Virus record (IMG/VR): IMGVR_UViG_3300035670_012166 | Location: 69,915-120,181 of that record | DNA: 50,267 nucleotides | DNA from: a virus | Reading direction: 5' to 3' (one strand) | Shown: piece by piece, positions 44,111 to 50,267 of the stretch | Layout of the letters: the number at the start of each line of letters is the position of its first letter | Position numbering within the stretch: position 1 is the stretch's first letter | Notes under the pieces: generated by a model | Told to the model about the DNA's origin: nothing | What the model saw: the letters and a program-made list of their open reading frames with translations, nothing else | Database searches by the model: none | Translations under genes and position numbers: made by a program

Positions 44111-45862
44111 ATGTGGTATTCAAGAACAATCATTGCTGCAATTGAAGATGCAATTAACGCATTAAAATCTAAAGGTGTTAGCGAAAGTCTAATTAATTAT
44201 ATTCAAAACCTACCTGATAATCAAAAAGGCAAAGCAATTGGTGCATTAAATCAAAATCCTTCAATGACTTTAATTGATTTAGAAGCATTATTTGAATCTG
44301 GTTATAAGCCTTCTGCAGCTGAATTGCAACTTGTAAATAATTATGGACCAAGATTTAAAAGCTGGGCATTACATCAATACAAGCTATTAAGATCTAACAA
44401 AATGACCGATGATCCATATGATGATAGATGGGAATACAAAGAATCATTAGGGAGAATCAAAAATAGTTTAGATGAAATTCACGATTTTTATAGAACCCAT
44501 AGTTTAGACAATCCAAATTACAATATTGGAACAAAATCTTTTGAAGAAGCTCTTGAAGATTCTGCAGAATGGCACAATGCAACTGCTCAAAGAGGATCTG
44601 GAAAATTCTATTTGCCATTTGAGAGAGATGAATCTGGGCAATTAATTGATGAAAAAATTGTTCATAGATTTGAAGATGGATCTATGATGGTAAGAGTGGA
44701 AGATCCTAATGATTTGGATGTTGAAGGCAATTTTATGCATCACTGTGTTGGTTCTTATGCAGACAAAGTTGAATATGGTGATTGCATAATTTACTCATTA
44801 AGAAACAAATTCAACCAACCAGAAGCAACAATTGAAGTGGAAAGAGATGGAAAAGTAAAACAAATCAAAGGTCCAAGCAACTCAAAAGTTGATGATGAAA
44901 CACAAGTTGCAAAAATTAAAGAATTTTTTGAAAGCAGAGACGATATCAAAAAGCAATCAGGTGGAAAAAACCCTGCAGCCAATTATTTTGAAAATTGGGA
45001 AGATAGAGTGTATTGGAGCTATAATCCTGAGGAGATTGGATACGCAATCACAGAATCTATTTATGGTCCAGATGAATCAGAATTTGATAATGATGATGAT
45101 GATATAACTGAAGATTTTAACAGATTTGGAATCGAGTCACCTTCTTGGGATCATGAAAAGTTTGCAGAAGGTAACCTCTATGCTTCACATATTCCAGATA
45201 TTATGAATGAAACTATAGAACATATTAAGCACGGACTGGAAAGATCTGGAAGCGCTTATAATTTCAATAATGCAAATCGTGAAATTGAAGATTATCCTAT
45301 AGAAGATTATGTAGATAAATTTTACGAAGCATTAATTGACAAAGCTGAACTTTCTTTGAAACAAAATGCAGATGATTATAATTTTGAAAGATACTTAGAT
45401 GTTAATGGCGTTTTAGAAAAAGCAACAAAAGAATTTGAAAAGGCTCTAGAAAAATATAAAGAATCTGGAACAAAGGAAATATTTTGGTACTGGTATCAAA
45501 AACAACCAGAATTTATGTATTTCTTATTAGCTGAAAAATTACAAGATTCTTTTGAGTCTAGTGAATTTGCAGAAAAATACAAAGAAGTTAAAAATAATAA
45601 TTACAAATTACCAACAGGAAGCAAAAAACACTATTGGAGTGATGAGACTGAACCATTTTTAAATACAGCAGAAATAAGAAACACTTATGAGCCAAAAATA
45701 AATAATGACAAAAGTCAATTAAGATTATTTGCACCAGAGTCTGAAACAATGCAAGAAAATGAAAGCACTGTTGATAAATTAACAAAAAGACCTATGACCA
45801 GTATTGATGAAAACTGGGCATATGCAAGTGTTTACAATAATAAAAATTTCAATAAATTTTAA
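44111..45862 (+). CDS. PcfJ-like domain protein with MWY tag (paralogue 2)
   Basis: WH, EGNFMHHCVGSY, IYSLRN..PEATIEV, QIKGPSN; N-terminus nearly identical to paralogue 1. Confidence 0.75.
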   Translation: MWYSRTIIAAIEDAINALKSKGVSESLINYIQNLPDNQKGKAIGALNQNPSMTLIDLEALFESGYKPSAAELQLVNNYGPRFKSWALHQYKLLRSNKMTDDPYDDRWEYKESLGRIKNSLDEIHDFYRTHSLDNPNYNIGTKSFEEALEDSAEWHNATAQRGSGKFYLPFERDESGQLIDEKIVHRFEDGSMMVRVEDPNDLDVEGNFMHHCVGSYADKVEYGDCIIYSLRNKFNQPEATIEVERDGKVKQIKGPSNSKVDDETQVAKIKEFFESRDDIKKQSGGKNPAANYFENWEDRVYWSYNPEEIGYAITESIYGPDESEFDNDDDDITEDFNRFGIESPSWDHEKFAEGNLYASHIPDIMNETIEHIKHGLERSGSAYNFNNANREIEDYPIEDYVDKFYEALIDKAELSLKQNADDYNFERYLDVNGVLEKATKEFEKALEKYKESGTKEIFWYWYQKQPEFMYFLLAEKLQDSFESSEFAEKYKEVKNNNYKLPTGSKKHYWSDETEPFLNTAEIRNTYEPKINNDKSQLRLFAPESETMQENESTVDKLTKRPMTSIDENWAYASVYNNKNFNKF

Positions 45863-45864
45863 AT

Positions 45865-48666
45865 TTATATCTTTTTTCTTAAAATATAGGTTAGTTTATC
45901 TGCTAACCTATATTCTTTTTTAAAATCGAGTTTTTGAGCGATTTTTAGCATAGATTTGACAGAAGCTAACACATCTTCATCTTCATCTTCAGGTAAAGCA
46001 GACATATTCATAAATACATTATTTAAGCTTTCTTGAATCTGATCATCAGTTTCTTGTATTGGTTGAGAATTTTGTGTTCCAATAATATTTTTTTCTTTCA
46101 AATCTGATATCCAAACAGGCCATAAATCTAATTCTTGCCAATGCTTTCTGAAAAATTCTGGTCTTGCATTCATAAGATTTGTAAATATTTCAAGTTGTTC
46201 AGTAGGAGTAGCATATTTAAAATTTCTCCAACTGTTCAATAAAATTTGGTCTGTAATTTGATCGCTAATAAAAGGATAAAAATTTAATAATCTTGCATAG
46301 TCTCTTATATCTAATTGACTACGATTCTTTTTCATATAATTATTATATTCATCTAAACTTGACGTTCTTAATATTTTTTCTGTTATAGGATTTTTATTAA
46401 ATGTTAGGTACATTACGATTGAACCAGGAATATCTTGGATACCGTTAACATATTCTGCAGCCAAATTTACGCATTGTTCAGAATGCGGAGATTCTGAAAG
46501 TTTACCAATAAGATCCTTTGCACTGAATCTACTAATAAATTTTTCTCTAATATTTGGATTTAATAAAAATTTTCTTGGAATTTCTTTTAATTTGCTATCA
46601 ATTTCTCTTTTTTGAGCTATAGGATCTTCGATATAAGGATAATCCTCAATGTCAAAATCTTCATCATCCTCATCAACATCATCAGGAATATCTTTGGAAT
46701 CTAACCCAATTCTTATAAATGGACCGCTATGATATTTTTCAAAATTATTATAATAATATTCCCAATATTTTTCAAATCTACTTAATGGGTTGTATTTATT
46801 TCCACTTGGTTGTGTAGCTGCGAAAGCGATTCCTTTTTCTAAATCATCTTGAGTTAATTCAGACTCATCATTATTTTCATACTTTTGAAGTAATTGATAT
46901 CGAGTATTTTGATCAATTTCTGAAACATTTTTTATTTCATAAAATTCTGGAAGATTTTTAAATTCTTCAGGAACATATTTCCAACGTGAAGTAAAATCAG
47001 CATAACTTTTTGGAGCATTGAGAATAACACTGTTGTATCCATTTGCTTCAGCTAGAGGTCTTAAGGATTCTATAGCTTCTGGGATATGTAGAAAAATTTT
47101 TGTATTTTCTAAAGTTGGTTTTTTTTCATAAATTTTGTACAGACCTTTAGCAATTGCTAATTTTTCAGATAAAGGGTCAGTGAATTTAAGATCATCATTT
47201 TGTTTCGCAGCAATCAACCCAATCTGAGGGACTTTTTCTTTCCAATTATTAGGAATTCCACTTAATTTTTGAGCTTTTACAAATGCTTTTAAAACTTTTT
47301 CTCTATCCTTTGCATCATCAGGATCAAGATATTTTAAAATTTCGCCATTATTTTGATTCAATTCCCAAGCAGTTAATTGCTGTTTGACATATGAATTAAA
47401 TAATTGTTTGTCAGTTTGAATTTTTTCTATTTGAGTACTAGGTAATTGTAATCCAGTATTTACATATTGAACTAAATAATCTTTGCCACCAGGAATTTCC
47501 ATTAAATAATTAACAATATCATCAGGCATTATCCATCCCATACCAATAAATTTAGATAGATATGTTTTGATGCTTTCTGATTCTACAGTTAAAGACTCTA
47601 ATAAATGAGACATTTCTTCTGAAGGCAAAACACCTGCACTTTTACCCAAATGAGTTTTTTCAACAATCATTTCTTCAGGTATTTCTATTGATTTTTCTAA
47701 ATAGCCTTTAGATGAAACTGAATAAGTGTTATCTCCATTGTCTTTAATAAATCCATTTTCAGGACTTCTTAAAACAAACTTTCCAGTGGACCAACTTTTT
47801 ATATCCTCGGGAGAAATTTTTTTATTATATTTGACGTGATTTCCAAGTTGCAGTTCTAATTTTTCTTCTGGTGTAATTGGTTTATTTCTTAAAACTTTTT
47901 CTTCTTCGCCAGTTTCAGGATTAGTTGTTGTAGCATCTATATTGACACCTTTACTTTTTAAATAAGTAAGATATGTGGGAATATCTCTTCCGGTAATCAT
48001 TTTTCCTTCATATTGGAAAGAAATGTCATCAGATAAATTAGATCCTGTTCTATTGGGAATATCAGTAATTTGAACGTTGTTATTATTAAATTGTAGAGCC
48101 ACTTTTCTTTGATTTGGAGTGGGTGGATTTTCGTCCCATACAATGTAAAATGTAGCAGCTTGATTACTTCTATAGCTTTGCCACATATTATTGGGACCTT
48201 GATAAGCGATACACCAAGAAGTATCTGCAGCTAATTGTTTACTATCTTGAGCTTTTTCTACTTTAAAAACTTTAATTCCATCGCCAGTGAGAACAGGAGT
48301 ATGATTTGTTTCAGATTGTTCTACTTTTTCTTCTTGTTTCTTTGCTATTGGAAAATTACCGTGAACAAAATCAATTAAAGCCATCAAGTCATCAAATTGT
48401 TGATCATTGATGACAACAAAACTTTTAGATACTTTGATATTGGAAGGATTTAATTTTTTACGATTTATGTATTGGGTTAAATGACTAACAATATCATTGA
48501 TAGCATTTTCATCAGAATCTCTTGCTAACATCCAAGCAGCAAGAGGCTTAAAAACTGAATTATATTTATTGACAATTTCTTTATAGTTGTTATAATCTTT
48601 TCCAACTGCGCTAAAAATTGAAATAAATAATTCTTTTTGTGCTATTACTATACGATTATTAAACAT
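45865..48666 (-). CDS. Large hypothetical protein, putative virion-associated
   Basis: 933 aa; N-terminus MFNNRIVIAQ, TSWCIA...MWQSY...TFYIVWD motif, C-terminal KIAQKLD...LADKL motif. Confidence 0.75.
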   Translation of the reverse strand: MFNNRIVIAQKELFISIFSAVGKDYNNYKEIVNKYNSVFKPLAAWMLARDSDENAINDIVSHLTQYINRKKLNPSNIKVSKSFVVINDQQFDDLMALIDFVHGNFPIAKKQEEKVEQSETNHTPVLTGDGIKVFKVEKAQDSKQLAADTSWCIAYQGPNNMWQSYRSNQAATFYIVWDENPPTPNQRKVALQFNNNNVQITDIPNRTGSNLSDDISFQYEGKMITGRDIPTYLTYLKSKGVNIDATTTNPETGEEEKVLRNKPITPEEKLELQLGNHVKYNKKISPEDIKSWSTGKFVLRSPENGFIKDNGDNTYSVSSKGYLEKSIEIPEEMIVEKTHLGKSAGVLPSEEMSHLLESLTVESESIKTYLSKFIGMGWIMPDDIVNYLMEIPGGKDYLVQYVNTGLQLPSTQIEKIQTDKQLFNSYVKQQLTAWELNQNNGEILKYLDPDDAKDREKVLKAFVKAQKLSGIPNNWKEKVPQIGLIAAKQNDDLKFTDPLSEKLAIAKGLYKIYEKKPTLENTKIFLHIPEAIESLRPLAEANGYNSVILNAPKSYADFTSRWKYVPEEFKNLPEFYEIKNVSEIDQNTRYQLLQKYENNDESELTQDDLEKGIAFAATQPSGNKYNPLSRFEKYWEYYYNNFEKYHSGPFIRIGLDSKDIPDDVDEDDEDFDIEDYPYIEDPIAQKREIDSKLKEIPRKFLLNPNIREKFISRFSAKDLIGKLSESPHSEQCVNLAAEYVNGIQDIPGSIVMYLTFNKNPITEKILRTSSLDEYNNYMKKNRSQLDIRDYARLLNFYPFISDQITDQILLNSWRNFKYATPTEQLEIFTNLMNARPEFFRKHWQELDLWPVWISDLKEKNIIGTQNSQPIQETDDQIQESLNNVFMNMSALPEDEDEDVLASVKSMLKIAQKLDFKKEYRLADKLTYILRKKI

Positions 48667-50267
48667 TGTATTTTCTCAATATATTTGTAAACTTATCTGC
48701 AAGGTTATATGCTCTTTTATAATCTAATTTCTGCGCTATTTTCACCATAGATTTTACAAAAGCAGTAGTAAGTTCTTCCTCTTCATCTTCTTCTGACGCA
48801 AATGGATCAGGCAATTCTTTTTGTGTTCCAGGAGGTGTTGGTCTTTTCCCTTTCAACACTTGGCCAGTTTCTTCATCAAAATATCCAGTACCATATTTTG
48901 ATTTTCTTTCATATGCAAGAATTCTCGGAGCAAGGTTAGGATACATATGAACTAATGCTGCCCTTACTTCTGGCAATATGTAATTGTACATATCACCTTT
49001 TGAAATTATTGTTTCAAAATATTTAGGATAATTTCTTAATAAATGCATCTGATCATTTAAATTTGGATAAATTCTAAATCTCCAAAATATGTCTAAATTA
49101 TAAAAATTTAGATCTTCTTTTACTTCTGGATAATAATGTGTATACAAATCCAAAAATTCTAATATAATATATGATGCAAAATCTTTAAAAGCGTCAATTT
49201 CTTCATTGCTAAGTTTTCTTTTTTCAAATATTTTTGAAAGAAATTCAAATGCATAACTTTCACCACGATATAATACTCTGTAAAATTCAGATCTTACATT
49301 TCTGGTGCCATCTAAAAATTGATTTATATAGTCTTCATATAGCCAAGGTGTTTTTTCAATGTCTATATTAGACATAAAATTCTTAGCAGAAATGCTATTC
49401 ATTCTTCTCTGCAAAAATTCTTTAATTTCAGGATCTTCTAAAAATTCTTGTGGAATAAACTTTAAAATGTTTGCAAAATCATTTTCACCAAAATTAAGTT
49501 CACTACCTATCCAATCAGCAAAATGATCTATATTCTTAAAGAAATTTTTCCAGAAATTTATATCTTGTATTGCATTTTGAAATTCTTGGATTGCATCTCT
49601 GAAATTTTCTTTTGCTTCATCACTCATCTCTAATTCTTCAAACTTCTTAAATAATTTGCCATCATTGTAAATAGCCCATAATAAAGTTTGATTTGCATTA
49701 TGAGGAACAATTTCTTCTGGTCTATCTTTGTATGCGTAATGAGCATCTTTTTTGATTGTTTGTTGGTGATCCTGTAAATCAAAGGCAAAATTTACTGTTG
49801 GATTATTACTCCAATCATTATGATAAGTTTCACTATACTCATCAAAGTTATTAAAAGAAAATTCACGTAAAACATCTACATCTTTAATTTGAGTAATTAA
49901 CGAAAGATCAAATGGATCGTTAGGATTGTAATATTTAGCAATTTTTTCGGAAGGTTTTGGACATAATATTGAATACTTTACTTCTTCCAATACCCCAAGT
50001 TCTTTTGCTTTTTCAAAATCTTCTGCATCGAAACCAGTTTTAATTGCCACTTCTTTGATAAGTGATTTATCCCCTGATTGCAAAACGACATTTTTTAAAT
50101 CTTGTTTTGGAAAAGCTGAAGTGAAGTCTACTAAATCTTTATCTGTCAATCTATTTTTTGCATATAATAAATATAATTCAGGAAATTTAGGATCTTCGAA
50201 AATAAAATTTCGTATACCATTTGGAACAAAAGTTTTTACAGTGCTAATATATTTTGTCAATAAATCT
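48659..50267 (-). CDS. Large hypothetical protein, 5'-truncated; probable paralogue of 45865-48666
   Basis: Frame is open to the window end; shares the C-terminal VKSM.KIAQKLD.K..Y.LADK.T.ILRK motif. Confidence 0.7.
   Translation of the reverse strand, partial: DLLTKYISTVKTFVPNGIRNFIFEDPKFPELYLLYAKNRLTDKDLVDFTSAFPKQDLKNVVLQSGDKSLIKEVAIKTGFDAEDFEKAKELGVLEEVKYSILCPKPSEKIAKYYNPNDPFDLSLITQIKDVDVLREFSFNNFDEYSETYHNDWSNNPTVNFAFDLQDHQQTIKKDAHYAYKDRPEEIVPHNANQTLLWAIYNDGKLFKKFEELEMSDEAKENFRDAIQEFQNAIQDINFWKNFFKNIDHFADWIGSELNFGENDFANILKFIPQEFLEDPEIKEFLQRRMNSISAKNFMSNIDIEKTPWLYEDYINQFLDGTRNVRSEFYRVLYRGESYAFEFLSKIFEKRKLSNEEIDAFKDFASYIILEFLDLYTHYYPEVKEDLNFYNLDIFWRFRIYPNLNDQMHLLRNYPKYFETIISKGDMYNYILPEVRAALVHMYPNLAPRILAYERKSKYGTGYFDEETGQVLKGKRPTPPGTQKELPDPFASEEDEEEELTTAFVKSMVKIAQKLDYKRAYNLADKFTNILRKYNV

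Noticed and set aside
2704-45785. Short antisense or alternate-frame ORFs (e.g. 2704, 3962, 7358, 8854, 15958, 22400, 33308, 34272, 42513, 44889)
   Set aside because: They lie within longer motif-bearing genes and show no recognisable protein features.
1-50267. Stop-codon reassignment as in some jumbo phages
   Set aside because: Genes are full-length and tightly packed under the standard code; TAA, TAG and TGA all act as stops; no suppressor tRNA seen.
1-50267. Cellular (bacterial/CPR) chromosome origin
   Set aside because: No ribosomal or core metabolic operons; dense small ORFans, phage-type replication genes and CCA-less tRNAs fit a large phage. No capsid or terminase gene is in this window, so this remains an inference.

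Overview
AT-rich, gene-dense segment of a probable large (jumbo-type) tailed bacteriophage genome, standard genetic code. Left (1-8.3 kb, minus strand): replication/recombination operon with DnaB helicase (partial, missed by the ORF track), DnaC-like loader, Ycf46-like AAA ATPase, Mre11/SbcD and a Rad50/SbcC split into separate genes. 9-19 kb: large nuclease-domain protein, two tail-tube-like paralogues, RusA, a PD-(D/E)xK nuclease and glycosyltransferases. 19-33.7 kb: minus-strand accessory array (FeoA, YhaM-like HD, Fic, MTA/SAH nucleosidase, several Tad2/DUF2829-like proteins, exported FN3 protein, SSB, DEDDh exonuclease). 34-39 kb: DNA methyltransferase and tRNA genes, two of which (Asn-GUU, Arg-UCU) are interrupted in the anticodon by related ORF-less group I introns; strand skew appears to flip here. 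38.8-50.3 kb: Nudix, ART-like and PcfJ-like proteins. Main leads: (i) unrelated effector-like proteins share short terminal peptide tags and a non-sigma70 upstream motif, suggesting a capsid-targeting/injection system; (ii) two sister tRNA group I introns at different anticodon positions; (iii) an expanded Tad2-like family, one member fused to an antitoxin-like peptide. All family assignments come from motif recognition by eye; no searches were run.
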